Below, in pieces: positions 37,804 to 48,018 of a DNA stretch of 64,000 nt. How positions within the stretch are numbered: the first letter of the stretch is position 1; each line of letters opens with the position of its first letter. The DNA is from a virus. The stretch lies in IMG/VR virus record IMGVR_UViG_3300042319_001830, positions 1-64,000 of that record; one strand, given 5' to 3'. The position numbers and the translations under genes were made by a program. The notes beneath the pieces are model-generated. The model made no database searches. It was given only the letters and a program-made list of their open reading frames with translations, and was not told the origin of the DNA.

Positions 37804-37872
37804 AAATTTAAGTTAGTGAAGAATCTAACGAAACAAAAAAAACAAATAAAAAAAGAAAGTATTAAAAATAAT

Positions 37873-38193
37873 ATGTATACTCGTACAAATGCTCGTAATA
37901 AGACTAACTTCGTAGGCCATAACACCGCTGGTGTTGAGATTTACCTCTCTACTCCTCTAGCGAAGGCCAAGAAGGCTTCACGCTTGACACTACGTAGTGG
38001 TAAGACCCGCGTTGACCTAGATGGTCGCCAGATTAAGGCACTACGTGAAGTCTTGAATGCTGGTTATAGTGCCGTCGGTACGGTCATTGACCACGCTGTA
38101 CCGGCACAGTCAACTCAAGCTAAGACTAACAGTGTTAAGGATGTGCGTACAGCAATTGCTGGCCGCAAGTCCACTGTTTGTCGTAAGGCTTAA
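37873..38193 (+). CDS. Small basic hypothetical protein (probably early)
   Basis: ATG at 37873; K/R-rich; higher-GC codons; strong promoter upstream. Confidence 0.68.
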   Translation: MYTRTNARNKTNFVGHNTAGVEIYLSTPLAKAKKASRLTLRSGKTRVDLDGRQIKALREVLNAGYSAVGTVIDHAVPAQSTQAKTNSVKDVRTAIAGRKSTVCRKA

Positions 38194-38236
38194 TTGAAAT
38201 AAATGTTAACTCATATACGTAGATAGTTATACGCAT

Positions 38237-38488
38237 ATGAGTTATATTTTCAATAATCAAACAATGATGTGGCTACTACTAATAATAGTAGCCATTTTTA
38301 CTTTTGCAAACTTTTATTTGTTCATCAGATTGCTTAGACATTTTGATGATCACCAAATTCTAACCGTAGACGCATTAGAGTTACTCAACATTAAAAATAA
38401 TAAAATATCAAAAGACATTGAAATATTGAATAAACGTAGTAGAATATTAAATAATGAAAGCAAAGAACACATCCGAAAACAAAGTTAA
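38237..38488 (+). CDS. Small membrane protein with a coiled-coil tail
   Basis: N-terminal hydrophobic helix. Confidence 0.55.
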   Translation: MSYIFNNQTMMWLLLIIVAIFTFANFYLFIRLLRHFDDHQILTVDALELLNIKNNKISKDIEILNKRSRILNNESKEHIRKQS

Positions 38489-38927
38489 AGTTCGTGGTTT
38501 ATTTGATCATATAAATCACATTCGTGAGGTAAAGAAAAAAGACTATTATAAATGTTTATCGGAAGAAGAAAAGAAGTCTTTTAACAAATATATGATAATC
38601 AGATTTCTTAGTATGGATGTTGACATCATAGAAGAAATATCATTTGTTTCAAAGTATTTTCAAAATATACCAGATGAACAATTTTATCAAGTGTTGATCG
38701 ATTTGGTACCCAAAGGAAGAAAGTTCTGCAAGTATATTAAAAATAGTACGGAGGGGATCAATGAAACAATTTTAGATTGTATTTGTAAGAAATATAAAAT
38801 TGGAAATCGTGACGCTATAGATTACTATAACATATATACGTCAAGTGATGTTAATTTAAAAGAATTGTGTGAACTAATTCAAGGATTTGGATATAGTGAG
38901 AAAGAAGTAGAAAAGTTATTTAAATAA
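38454..38927 (+). CDS. Clamp loader small subunit (T4 gp62-like)
   Basis: LFDHINHI...KSFNKYMIIRFLSM...QFY..LI..VPKGRKF.KYIK. Confidence 0.65.
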   Translation: MKAKNTSENKVKVRGLFDHINHIREVKKKDYYKCLSEEEKKSFNKYMIIRFLSMDVDIIEEISFVSKYFQNIPDEQFYQVLIDLVPKGRKFCKYIKNSTEGINETILDCICKKYKIGNRDAIDYYNIYTSSDVNLKELCELIQGFGYSEKEVEKLFK

Positions 38928-38928
38928 T

Positions 38929-39570
38929 ATGAAAATTATAGGTGTATCTGGTTTTGCTCGTAGTGGCAAGGATTTGTTTGCTAGAGTTGCTCAAAACGTT
39001 TTGGAAAAACAAGGATCTAAAATTGAAAAGTATGCATTGGCATATGAGTTAAAAAACGATCTAAAAGACCTTATCCATAATAAAGTTGGAATTGATGTTT
39101 TTACAGAGAACACCGAAGAAAAGAATATTATTAGACCGCTATTAGTTGCTTATGGTGACGTAATGCGAAAAGTATCAATGGGTAAATATTGGACAAACAA
39201 GATTGAACAAAAGATCAAACAGTCCAATGCTGATGTAATTTTTATTACAGATATCAGATATGATGTATATGCAGAAGATGAATGTACTTGGTTACAAAAT
39301 AAACAAGGTGGGAAATTAGTGCATATTACAAAGTTTAAACAGGAACCAATGCCTTCAGGCAGACGGTTCAGTAAAAACAAAATTGTTAAGATTTATAATT
39401 CCGCTGCAAATGATCATGAAATGTTAAATGACCCAAAAGTAAAATCAAAAGCTGACTGTGCTTTTGAATGGGAAGATTATAGTGATAAATTAAACGGATG
39501 TCTACTAGACGATCATCCATATATTACAGCAAAAGTTATTGAATCATTAAAGATTATTAACGCAATTTAA
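38929..39570 (+). CDS. Deoxynucleoside monophosphate kinase
   Basis: IIGVSGFARSGKD, RPLLVAYG, ITDIRY. Confidence 0.8.
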   Translation: MKIIGVSGFARSGKDLFARVAQNVLEKQGSKIEKYALAYELKNDLKDLIHNKVGIDVFTENTEEKNIIRPLLVAYGDVMRKVSMGKYWTNKIEQKIKQSNADVIFITDIRYDVYAEDECTWLQNKQGGKLVHITKFKQEPMPSGRRFSKNKIVKIYNSAANDHEMLNDPKVKSKADCAFEWEDYSDKLNGCLLDDHPYITAKVIESLKIINAI

Positions 39571-39838
39571 GTTTTGTAATTAAATTATGACCATTATGAT
39601 AGAATATAATTTCTTCATCTGTGGTCTTTGTACGAAAATAGTCAACCAATGACGGTACAACTGTGCTGACTAAATTAACATAGATTTTATCACACTCGTC
39701 GTGTTTTATTGATTTTCTTTGCTTCTGACACGAACAGATCTTATCAAACGTTTGTATACAATTTGTTAGTGTAGCAAATGCGCCAATATTATCTTTTGAT
39801 ACAAAATTATTAAATGCTACGTAACTTCCTATAATCAT
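39557..39838 (-). CDS. Hypothetical Cys-containing protein (last gene of the minus-strand operon)
   Basis: ORF coupled by an ATGA overlap; CSC motif. Confidence 0.55.
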   Translation of the reverse strand: MIIGSYVAFNNFVSKDNIGAFATLTNCIQTFDKICSCQKQRKSIKHDECDKIYVNLVSTVVPSLVDYFRTKTTDEEIIFYHNGHNLITKLKLR

Positions 39839-40212
39839 AACAATTTATTTATTGATAAATACAATAACAGACTGCAAATATAGTTAACTGGCATAATCAT
39901 AATTATATAACGCAGTGGATAATTCAGTGTGTATAACAATACAACAATGCTAAATAAAGTTGTCCAAAAACATAAACAAATAACACAGCTTAATAATTTG
40001 GTAACATAGCCAGGATACTCTGAATATAAAAAGTTTGGATATGTACCCATTGGATCAACACTACTTTTATACAATTGATATTCGTCCAATTTAAATAAAC
40101 GCCGTGTGTTTGTTAATTTAGCAATCGTTTGTACTATATCGCTATTTAACCAAATAACCATAAAAAATGTTATTCCGAATATAATTGGTATATTGTAGTC
40201 TGTTAAGTTCAT
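39835..40212 (-). CDS. Membrane protein with CxxC (DUF1360-like)
   Basis: Three hydrophobic segments; KLLSCVICLCFW. Confidence 0.6.
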   Translation of the reverse strand: MNLTDYNIPIIFGITFFMVIWLNSDIVQTIAKLTNTRRLFKLDEYQLYKSSVDPMGTYPNFLYSEYPGYVTKLLSCVICLCFWTTLFSIVVLLYTLNYPLRYIIMIMPVNYICSLLLYLSINKLL

Positions 40213-40376
40213 TTTATAAGATCGTAAATATAGTTACCTAAAATTTGAAAAAATATATTGTATATAAATATAAATGATATTATTATGAATAATTCAAATT
40301 TATCTAATTTGCCATTTTGATTAATATCAAAATATTTTATAAATAAACTTTTCCAAAGATCAAGTAGTTTTTTCAT
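40209..40376 (-). CDS. 55-aa membrane microprotein with an EF-hand-like loop (not in the ORF track)
   Basis: MKKLLDLWKSLFIKYFDINQNGKLDKFELFIIISFIFIYNIFFQILGNYIYDLIK*; ATGA overlaps with both neighbours. Confidence 0.7.
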   Translation of the reverse strand: MKKLLDLWKSLFIKYFDINQNGKLDKFELFIIISFIFIYNIFFQILGNYIYDLIK

Positions 40377-41575
40377 AACAATTTTTTATTATACCATTCG
40401 TCTTTTATTTCTATCAATTGTTTGTTATAAGTATTTAACTTATTAATGCTAAGTTTGAATATATCATATTCAAGTGTGCCTACTTGACCACTATCTTCTA
40501 ACATTAATTGAATCATATTAAAGAATTCAAAGCTATCATTGGATATTTTAGTTGCATCAAATTCGATAATAACATCGTTCAACTTTTGATCTTCATATCT
40601 CTTTAATTTTTTGGTTAGATTAAACTTTGTATTTTTTTGTTCAGCGTTAATGTAACGGTCATATGGTACATCTGTATAGATTGTGTCACACCAAGGTTCC
40701 AAAAGTGCTAGTTTATATTCATCACAGTTACGTACAACGAAACCTACATCATAACGGTTAGGTACAATTGGCTTCATAACATCATTGTGTTTAACAAAAT
40801 GTCCCCATTTACGAATGAAGTTTCTAGCACTGCGGTTGTTTTGAGCTAACCATTCGTCACTTTCTTTTCCAACTGTAGTCAATGTAGGATTATATCTACT
40901 ACCTCTACACGTCATATGATATACGCAACCTTCCCACGTTTGTATAAATTTATATCCGTTTAATAAGAATCTATTGAAGATATCACTGTCTTCTTTGCTT
41001 TGTGGTGCGTATAGATCATCGTGACCACCAATAGATTGGAAATCACTCTTATAAATGGCCCATGGCGCAAAGATTCCTTCTGTGGTTTTGTCTTTTCTTG
41101 TCAGACGAGTATCATTGAACCATTTCAATAAACCAGCTTCATTAAACTCTTCTGTCTCTGTGCCAAAGGCTTGTACAATTTTTTCTGGTCCTGGCGGATG
41201 TAGAGGTGGTTCGATGCGGGTAAGACTAACAATGGTACCTGGTTGAATATACTTTTCTATATATTTATCGAAGTTGGGACACGCATACATATCGGCGTGA
41301 TAGATCATTACCACATCGTTAGTAGCTACTTCGTTTATAAGACGGTCATATAGAATTGTATGACCCAATCTGGTTGGACCTTCGTTGCGGATAAATTTGA
41401 AGTGTGGATCTTTTTCCGACGTTTCTTTGCACCATTCCAATGTACCGTCATTACTGAAGTCGTCCGCAACACAGATTTCATGTTCTTTGTGACTTAAATT
41501 TTTACGAATAGCTTCGTAACTCCATTTAAGATATTTTAGGTTGTTTCTGCTTGGTTGAATAAAACTAATTTTCAT
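40373..41575 (-). CDS. Glycosyltransferase family 2
   Basis: ISFIQPSRN, VADDFSNDGT, YHADM, EDSDIFNR. Confidence 0.88.
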   Translation of the reverse strand: MKISFIQPSRNNLKYLKWSYEAIRKNLSHKEHEICVADDFSNDGTLEWCKETSEKDPHFKFIRNEGPTRLGHTILYDRLINEVATNDVVMIYHADMYACPNFDKYIEKYIQPGTIVSLTRIEPPLHPPGPEKIVQAFGTETEEFNEAGLLKWFNDTRLTRKDKTTEGIFAPWAIYKSDFQSIGGHDDLYAPQSKEDSDIFNRFLLNGYKFIQTWEGCVYHMTCRGSRYNPTLTTVGKESDEWLAQNNRSARNFIRKWGHFVKHNDVMKPIVPNRYDVGFVVRNCDEYKLALLEPWCDTIYTDVPYDRYINAEQKNTKFNLTKKLKRYEDQKLNDVIIEFDATKISNDSFEFFNMIQLMLEDSGQVGTLEYDIFKLSINKLNTYNKQLIEIKDEWYNKKLL

Positions 41576-41577
41576 AT

Positions 41578-42522
41578 TTAAAATTGTATTTTTACTTGTT
41601 CCATCAATTGACTATAATCGTGTATTCCTGTTTTTACAACACTATTGTCTATTACAGGAATGATGTTAGCATTTGAAAGCTTACGAAAATAACTATTAGG
41701 CCCAAAGTAATTAGGGCGTAATTCTTTTCCCTTATGTATATAACTAAGAACTGTGCCTCCAAAAAGTGATGATAATATTGAGTTTCCGCCACAAACTGTA
41801 ACAAATCTACTACAATTTGCCATTATTTTTAATTGTGTTTCATTGTAATTATACTTTGATTCTTTAACCAAATCATCTATCAATATCACATTGTCAAAAT
41901 ACTTACATAATTCAAAATCCGTTATAACGCCTATACCTTCTACGTTGGCTTTAATATCGTGATATCCTAATTGTAATGAATTATACTCATTTTGATCTAT
42001 AGTAAATTCTTTTTCTTTATTAGTAGCTCGTTTGTATATTACAGTGTATCCCTTTTCTTTAAAATAATCAAACATTTCATACAAACATGGAATATTAAAA
42101 TAACCCAATGGAATTTCATTGTGTTCCATATTATATTTGTTGGTGATAAATACTACGGGTTTATCAAATTTATATTCATCATTTTGATAATATTCTTTGA
42201 ATGGCGGACAAATCCATTTACTAAAATCCAATACACCATTAACCTGTTCTTGTTCATCGGCAGTCAAATGATGATATTCTTTGCCTGTTATTGATAATGC
42301 GTTATGATGTATCCAATTGTTTGGTACTCCGACCAAAGCAGCGTCGTTATCTACTGTCCTAGATAAAAATTCTTCTTTTACATTATTACAAAAGAAATAA
42401 TATGGTTTCATTCCTTTGCTAGTAACCACACCATCCAATTGATTGTTTTGATGTAACCAATATGCAAATGGTATTGCTAATGCAAGTTCGATGCCAAATT
42501 CAGGATTCACTTTGAGTATCAT
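41578..42522 (-). CDS. Putative GT-B glycosyltransferase-like protein
   Basis: EFGIELA..PFAY and QLKIMANCSRFVTVCGGNSIL resemble GT9-like folds; operon context. Confidence 0.45.
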   Translation of the reverse strand: MILKVNPEFGIELALAIPFAYWLHQNNQLDGVVTSKGMKPYYFFCNNVKEEFLSRTVDNDAALVGVPNNWIHHNALSITGKEYHHLTADEQEQVNGVLDFSKWICPPFKEYYQNDEYKFDKPVVFITNKYNMEHNEIPLGYFNIPCLYEMFDYFKEKGYTVIYKRATNKEKEFTIDQNEYNSLQLGYHDIKANVEGIGVITDFELCKYFDNVILIDDLVKESKYNYNETQLKIMANCSRFVTVCGGNSILSSLFGGTVLSYIHKGKELRPNYFGPNSYFRKLSNANIIPVIDNSVVKTGIHDYSQLMEQVKIQF

Positions 42523-42524
42523 AA

Positions 42525-43175
42525 TTAATTTACCATTTTAAGTATTTTAAATGATTCTGCATATTTACATTGAGCCTGTATACCCCTAAATCTCGCTAAT
42601 ATTTCCAAATTAGATTTTACATTTAATCCAACTTTTTCATATTTTGAAATTTGACTTTTATGACACATAGATGCTTCGATTTTTTTATCAAATGAGTTAT
42701 CTATATTTTCATAATAATTAATGTCCATTTGATTTTCTGTCATTCTGGAAATTGGTATTTGTTCATAACAAAACACATTAGGAATATATCGTGCAGCTGC
42801 CATTGTGGTTCTGAATGTGGAAATGTGATCTTGATTTGCATCTCCTGCCCAATGTGTATAAATTGTATCTATTTTATGTTTTTTGATCAAGCTCTCAAGC
42901 TTACTCACTGAATCAAAACTAAATGGTATGTGTAGATCTTTAAATGGTAAGAATTCTACATCGTCACATTGCAATACTGTAGCAGCATTAATAGTTTCCA
43001 ATCTATTTTCTTCAGCTGTTCTCAATAATATTCCATTGGTACCGTCTACAGATTCTGTATTGGTCATACATACATATACCACATAATCGCCTTTTAATTT
43101 GTGGTTATATAGTGTTCCACCACAGCCAAATTCAATATCATCAGGATGAGCGCCTATTGCCATTACACGTTTCAT
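42525..43175 (-). CDS. PIG-L/LmbE family de-N-acetylase
   Basis: IGAHPDDIEFGCGG, THWAGDANQDH, HKSQ. Confidence 0.9.
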   Translation of the reverse strand: MKRVMAIGAHPDDIEFGCGGTLYNHKLKGDYVVYVCMTNTESVDGTNGILLRTAEENRLETINAATVLQCDDVEFLPFKDLHIPFSFDSVSKLESLIKKHKIDTIYTHWAGDANQDHISTFRTTMAAARYIPNVFCYEQIPISRMTENQMDINYYENIDNSFDKKIEASMCHKSQISKYEKVGLNVKSNLEILARFRGIQAQCKYAESFKILKMVN

Positions 43176-43176
43176 A

Positions 43177-43866
43177 TTAATTTAAAATTATATTTTTACT
43201 ATTTGTTCCTTCGTTAAACAATAAATCTAGTATACACATATACGGTTTAAAGTCACCATATAATTGTGTGTATTTAGGGTGGGTATAATGTTGCCATACC
43301 AATTCTATATTATTGTCTTTAAATTCTTGTTCGTTGATATATCGCATTGAGCCTGGTCCAGTACCAGAAATGTATTTTGTAGCATTTAATTTTTTCAACA
43401 AATACATTATACGATCACCACCAGAAACTTCATTGGGACATATTTCAGAACAAAATACAACCTGTGTTTTGATATCCATCACATTTAAAAAATATTTAAT
43501 TAAAGCACTATTTAATTCTGACAACGTTTTGTAGTTAACTTTAAGAATTGATTCTAAATCGCCATAATAAACATTGAAGTATTTTGACTTTCTGTAGAAG
43601 TTTTTTATTAAGTTTAAATGATTATCACTCCAACCGTTGTAATTAATTTCAATTTCATTAAACGATTTCAATTCACTTTTTCCATTTAATGGAACTGTTA
43701 ACCATTTAGGTTCTCCGTCTGTCTTAATTAAATTTCTGTGTCCAAAATGTTGTTTTCCTCTGGGAAATTGAACATTGTCAAAAATAACAAATACATCACT
43801 TCTGGCTATTTTATCAAAAAATCCCATCCACGGTAAATAATTTGGCTGATGAATACTTACAATCAT
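43177..43866 (-). CDS. WbqC-like protein
   Basis: IHQPNYLPWMGFFDKI, DNVQF, WLTVP, ILDLLFNEG. Confidence 0.9.
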   Translation of the reverse strand: MIVSIHQPNYLPWMGFFDKIARSDVFVIFDNVQFPRGKQHFGHRNLIKTDGEPKWLTVPLNGKSELKSFNEIEINYNGWSDNHLNLIKNFYRKSKYFNVYYGDLESILKVNYKTLSELNSALIKYFLNVMDIKTQVVFCSEICPNEVSGGDRIMYLLKKLNATKYISGTGPGSMRYINEQEFKDNNIELVWQHYTHPKYTQLYGDFKPYMCILDLLFNEGTNSKNIILN

Positions 43867-45005
43867 ACAAATTTATTAATTACATCCGCAACATAATCAA
43901 CTTGATCCATAGTCATTTCTACGTACATAGGAATGGATAAATGTCTAGATAAAAGTCCATCGGCTAATTCATATGTTTGATTTACAGTGTATGGTTCAAA
44001 CACCTTTTGTTGATGACAAGCTGGCCAATAAGCATTTGCTGTGGGTATGTTATATTCTAAGAATAGTTTTTTACAAATTTCTGATCTTTCATTTAAAGTT
44101 GTAGACCTTGGTAATTCTATAATATAGTGCCACCAAGTATTGGTTATATTATCTGGAACGTCTATAAATTTAATCTTTGGATTTGTAATTTTTTCTTTGT
44201 ATCTTTTTGCTATAACATTTCGTTTTTCTACAAATTCATTAACCCGTTTCAATTGACTGATACCAAGTGCTGCAACCATTTCTGTCATTTTATAGTTGGA
44301 TGATATAAATTCACAACTTACACCAAAATCTACACCATTTACTGGTGTTGGATTTCTGACAGCGCCGTGATTTCTCAATGTCTTACAAGTTTCTGCAAAT
44401 TTTTCATCATTGGTAGTGATTATTCCACCTTCACCTGTGGTTATAATTTTTGTAGCAAATAATGAAAAACAACCAGCGTATCCTAAGTTTCCAGCGTGAA
44501 TATTATCAATAGTAGCTCCTAATGCGTGAGAAGCATCTTCAAACAATAAAAGACCGTGTTTATCACATAATTTTTTAATATTGTAATAGTCAGGCGTGAT
44601 ATATCCTGCCATATGAACCAACATTACACCGGCTACATCTTTGTCTAAACTTCTTTCGATTATATCTGCACTCAGACAATGAGTGTTTTCATCTATATCT
44701 ACAATTACGGGTATATTGTTGGATCGAACAATTGCACTTACACTTGCTATAAACGTTTGGGTTGGGACAATAATCTTTTTACCAACTAAACCAGATGCTC
44801 TTAGAGCTACTTCCAAACACGTTCCGCCAGAACAAGTTGCAACTGCATATTTTGTTCCACAATATTTAGCGAATAAATTTTCAAATTCAGCTACATACTT
44901 TGATTGAACTAATGACTCTGTATTTAAAATATCCGCAATTCTATCCAATATTTCTTTGTGGTCTTCTTTGGGGATATAAGGTTTTGTTCTTGACAATTTA
45001 TTCAT
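43863..45005 (-). CDS. DegT/DnrJ/EryC1/StrS PLP-dependent sugar aminotransferase
   Basis: EDASHALG, FSLFATKIITTGEGG, NYKMTEMVAALG. Confidence 0.92.
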   Translation of the reverse strand: MNKLSRTKPYIPKEDHKEILDRIADILNTESLVQSKYVAEFENLFAKYCGTKYAVATCSGGTCLEVALRASGLVGKKIIVPTQTFIASVSAIVRSNNIPVIVDIDENTHCLSADIIERSLDKDVAGVMLVHMAGYITPDYYNIKKLCDKHGLLLFEDASHALGATIDNIHAGNLGYAGCFSLFATKIITTGEGGIITTNDEKFAETCKTLRNHGAVRNPTPVNGVDFGVSCEFISSNYKMTEMVAALGISQLKRVNEFVEKRNVIAKRYKEKITNPKIKFIDVPDNITNTWWHYIIELPRSTTLNERSEICKKLFLEYNIPTANAYWPACHQQKVFEPYTVNQTYELADGLLSRHLSIPMYVEMTMDQVDYVADVINKFV

Positions 45006-45817
45006 AACGTATTTTTAATATAATCGAAAAATCCAGGTAGATTTTGTTTGGTGCTACTAAACTTTCTTCCTAATTTTAAAGGAGATAACAATAGATGTTC
45101 ATCGATAAATGGAGAACTAGTACCATTTTTAATGACATTTGCTTTTTTATTTAAAAACATACTTATTTCTTCAATTAGAGTTTTGGCACTATAAACATCT
45201 TCATTTACAATATTATAACTGTCTTTAACATTATATTTATTAGTAGTAGACATATCCACTAGTGTATTAACAATATCATTAACCCATATAAAACTCAATA
45301 ATTTATTTCCATCACCGGCAACTTCTACTGGTCTATTATTGATTATATTTCTGATATAGTAACTTATTCTGGGTCTTGGACAATCGTGGCCAACAATGTA
45401 GGGCGGTCTAATAATCATATAGTTAGTATCTATTTGTTTAACTATATTCTCACAGTCCGCCTTTTCAACACCATATTCGCCAAATCCAGATAAACCACCA
45501 ATAGGCATATCTTCGTTATACGACAAACAATTTGCATCTTTATACGCAGCTGCGCTACTGATAAAGATATATTTTTGATTAGGTTTTAACCAATTTTTAA
45601 GATGTTGTGCTTGAGTTGGTTTGAAAAGGCAGAAATCCAAAATAACATTATAATCATTTTCAATTGTCAATGGTTCATTACGATCCCATTTGATTACTTT
45701 AACTTTATCAGGACCAGTTCCAGATCTATTGAGTACACTCACACTTGCCAATTTACTTAACTCATATGCGACTTTTTTACCAACAAATCTATTTCCACCT
45801 ATAACCAATATTTTCAT
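45002..45817 (-). CDS. NAD-dependent epimerase/dehydratase
   Basis: GGNRFVG, FISSAAAY, YGVEK, IRPPYIVG. Confidence 0.85.
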   Translation of the reverse strand: MKILVIGGNRFVGKKVAYELSKLASVSVLNRSGTGPDKVKVIKWDRNEPLTIENDYNVILDFCLFKPTQAQHLKNWLKPNQKYIFISSAAAYKDANCLSYNEDMPIGGLSGFGEYGVEKADCENIVKQIDTNYMIIRPPYIVGHDCPRPRISYYIRNIINNRPVEVAGDGNKLLSFIWVNDIVNTLVDMSTTNKYNVKDSYNIVNEDVYSAKTLIEEISMFLNKKANVIKNGTSSPFIDEHLLLSPLKLGRKFSSTKQNLPGFFDYIKNTL

Positions 45818-46680
45818 TAGATGAGTTGTTTAATTTCTTCAATGGTATACTGTTCAACTTCGTTACTGTATAGACCATTTTCAAGAATTTTTTCGTGTTT
45901 ATTTTCCCCCGCTTGCAATCCAATAACTTTAACATTTGGTCGGATGCCAACTGGTGCATACTTTTGAATAAGTGCTTCCAATAGATTTCCTATGCTCATT
46001 CCCTTCATAGTTGGAACATACGGAGAAGAATCTGTGCAGTTTTCCAAACAGTTATAAATCAAATCAATTGCTTGATCAACCGTCCAAAAGAATCTAGTAG
46101 CTTCAGGTTCAGTGACAATTAAATCTTTACCTTCGCTGATCAAATCTCGCCATTTGCATAAAACGGATCCTGTTGAATATAATACGTTACCATATCGAAC
46201 TATACGATAATCTGTATTTGCATTGAGTTGTTCAAACTGTTTAAACAATCGTTCCATCAATAGTTTAGAAGCACCATATACACCAGACACTTGCGCAGCT
46301 TTGTCGGTGCTAATACCAATTACGAATTCCAATTCGTGGTTAAGAGATTCTTCCAAAATGTACAACGATCCTAGTGTATTTGATTTGATACATTCACGTA
46401 CTTGTTTTTCCGCAATGCCAATGTGTTTTGATGCGGCTAAATGAAATACTCCGTTAACACCTTTCATAGCTTGACGCACCTCAAATGGATCCGAAACATC
46501 ACCCGTCAATATTTCAATAGAAGGAAAAGATTGTTTTAGGTCGATTAATTTACCTTCATTTCTGGATAAAACACGGACCTTTGCGCCATCGTTTAAAAGG
46601 CGTTTAACAAGTGGTTTGCCTAAAAACCCACTGCCGCCTGTAACTAAAAATGTTTTGTTTGTGAAGTTATATTTTCTCAT
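45817..46680 (-). CDS. UDP-GlcNAc 4,6-dehydratase (PseB/CapD-like)
   Basis: TGGSGFLG, HLAASKH, ISTDKA, YGASK, RYGNVLYSTGSV, TRFF, GENKHE. Confidence 0.88.
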   Translation of the reverse strand: MRKYNFTNKTFLVTGGSGFLGKPLVKRLLNDGAKVRVLSRNEGKLIDLKQSFPSIEILTGDVSDPFEVRQAMKGVNGVFHLAASKHIGIAEKQVRECIKSNTLGSLYILEESLNHELEFVIGISTDKAAQVSGVYGASKLLMERLFKQFEQLNANTDYRIVRYGNVLYSTGSVLCKWRDLISEGKDLIVTEPEATRFFWTVDQAIDLIYNCLENCTDSSPYVPTMKGMSIGNLLEALIQKYAPVGIRPNVKVIGLQAGENKHEKILENGLYSNEVEQYTIEEIKQLI

Positions 46681-46721
46681 AGTTTATTATAACTACTATA
46701 GAATTCACTATGAAATTTTTT

Positions 46722-47279
46722 TTAATTGTTAGATTTTATAACTCCTGTTTTGTCGTCATCATCCAAAATAAAAGCTGGTCTACCAACCTTCGCAGATACT
46801 TTTTTGATCAACTCCATCTCAGCCTGTCTATTTAGATCGTGAAATACCATATGAGCGTCGGTATTAAATAAATTTAAATGCGTATAAAATCCACCTCTAC
46901 CATAGTTGCCATTTGGTCCGTCTACAATGATTAGATCGTATTTGGGTACCAATTTTAATACACTGGATAGTTTATCTGGATCATACCAAGCAACTTGTTT
47001 TTCATAAAATGGAAGACACGATATATCTTCTGGAGTTTTAAAATCAGTATCATTGTATTGTTTTAATGACACGTGATATGCATTGGGATGATTCAACCAA
47101 TCCATATTATGTTCAATTGAGTATACGTTATACCAATTTAATAACAACTTGGTGGTAACCCCACATCCAAATTCTAAAATGGAAGAACCTTGGGGTAATA
47201 AAGATCTTATTAAATCTACCGCCTTTTCTCCAATTGATCCTTTGATTAATGTTGGATATTTTTGACTAATTTGTATCAT
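46722..47279 (-). CDS. Class I SAM-dependent methyltransferase-like protein
   Basis: ILEFGCG, SIEHN..W, YDLIIVDGP, HDLNR; ATG at 47279 preferred. Confidence 0.7.
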   Translation of the reverse strand: MIQISQKYPTLIKGSIGEKAVDLIRSLLPQGSSILEFGCGVTTKLLLNWYNVYSIEHNMDWLNHPNAYHVSLKQYNDTDFKTPEDISCLPFYEKQVAWYDPDKLSSVLKLVPKYDLIIVDGPNGNYGRGGFYTHLNLFNTDAHMVFHDLNRQAEMELIKKVSAKVGRPAFILDDDDKTGVIKSNN

Positions 47280-48018
47280 ATATTTTATTAAATGTAGCTT
47301 CCATCCAATACATAGTTTTGGAATTATCGCCGTTATTTGGTATAGCATTAAAATGAAATATATAACCCATATCCAAGTATGGCATATTTTCATTTAGTGC
47401 TTCTCTACGATGTAAATCTTGCATATTATATTCATATGGCAAGAATTTCATATCGATGTTTTCAATCTGACACATAAAGTTCAATACCGGTTGATCGGTA
47501 CCTGTAAAAAATGTCTCTTGCATCTTTATCAAATTGTCTTTATTTGAAAAATAAAAATCTTTAACTTTGTTGAAAAAGTCTTTGTGATTTTTATTTAAAA
47601 TTAATACCCCAGAATTAAAGTACTTGGTTATATCGAATTCATAATTATTGAAGATGTATTTTTTATAATTTTCAACACTTCTAAATAACCAATCGTAAGA
47701 TCCTATATTATTGACCACACAAAATTTGTCTTCTGCGATATCAAAGAGATTGGGTGCATTTGGATGAACAATAGTATCAGCGTCCACGATTAAAATTTTA
47801 TCTACCTCAATGTTTGATTGTTCTAACAAATCAAAGATAAAGACTTTATGCCAATTGGGTCGTAAGTCTTCATATGGAAGAATTGGTTCTTCCAATACAA
47901 CCAATTTAGCATTGTGCTTGTTACAATATCGTCTCCAAGATTCAATTCCAAATTTATATGGAACTGTTCTACCGGGTTTTTTATCAGTAGCAATGTTAAT
48001 TATATAGACTACATTCAT
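47266..48018 (-). CDS. Glycosyltransferase (GT8-like, GT-A fold)
   Basis: VDADTIV, YFNSGV, DQPVLN, HFNA; ATG at 48018. Confidence 0.82.
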   Translation of the reverse strand: MNVVYIINIATDKKPGRTVPYKFGIESWRRYCNKHNAKLVVLEEPILPYEDLRPNWHKVFIFDLLEQSNIEVDKILIVDADTIVHPNAPNLFDIAEDKFCVVNNIGSYDWLFRSVENYKKYIFNNYEFDITKYFNSGVLILNKNHKDFFNKVKDFYFSNKDNLIKMQETFFTGTDQPVLNFMCQIENIDMKFLPYEYNMQDLHRREALNENMPYLDMGYIFHFNAIPNNGDNSKTMYWMEATFNKIYDTN

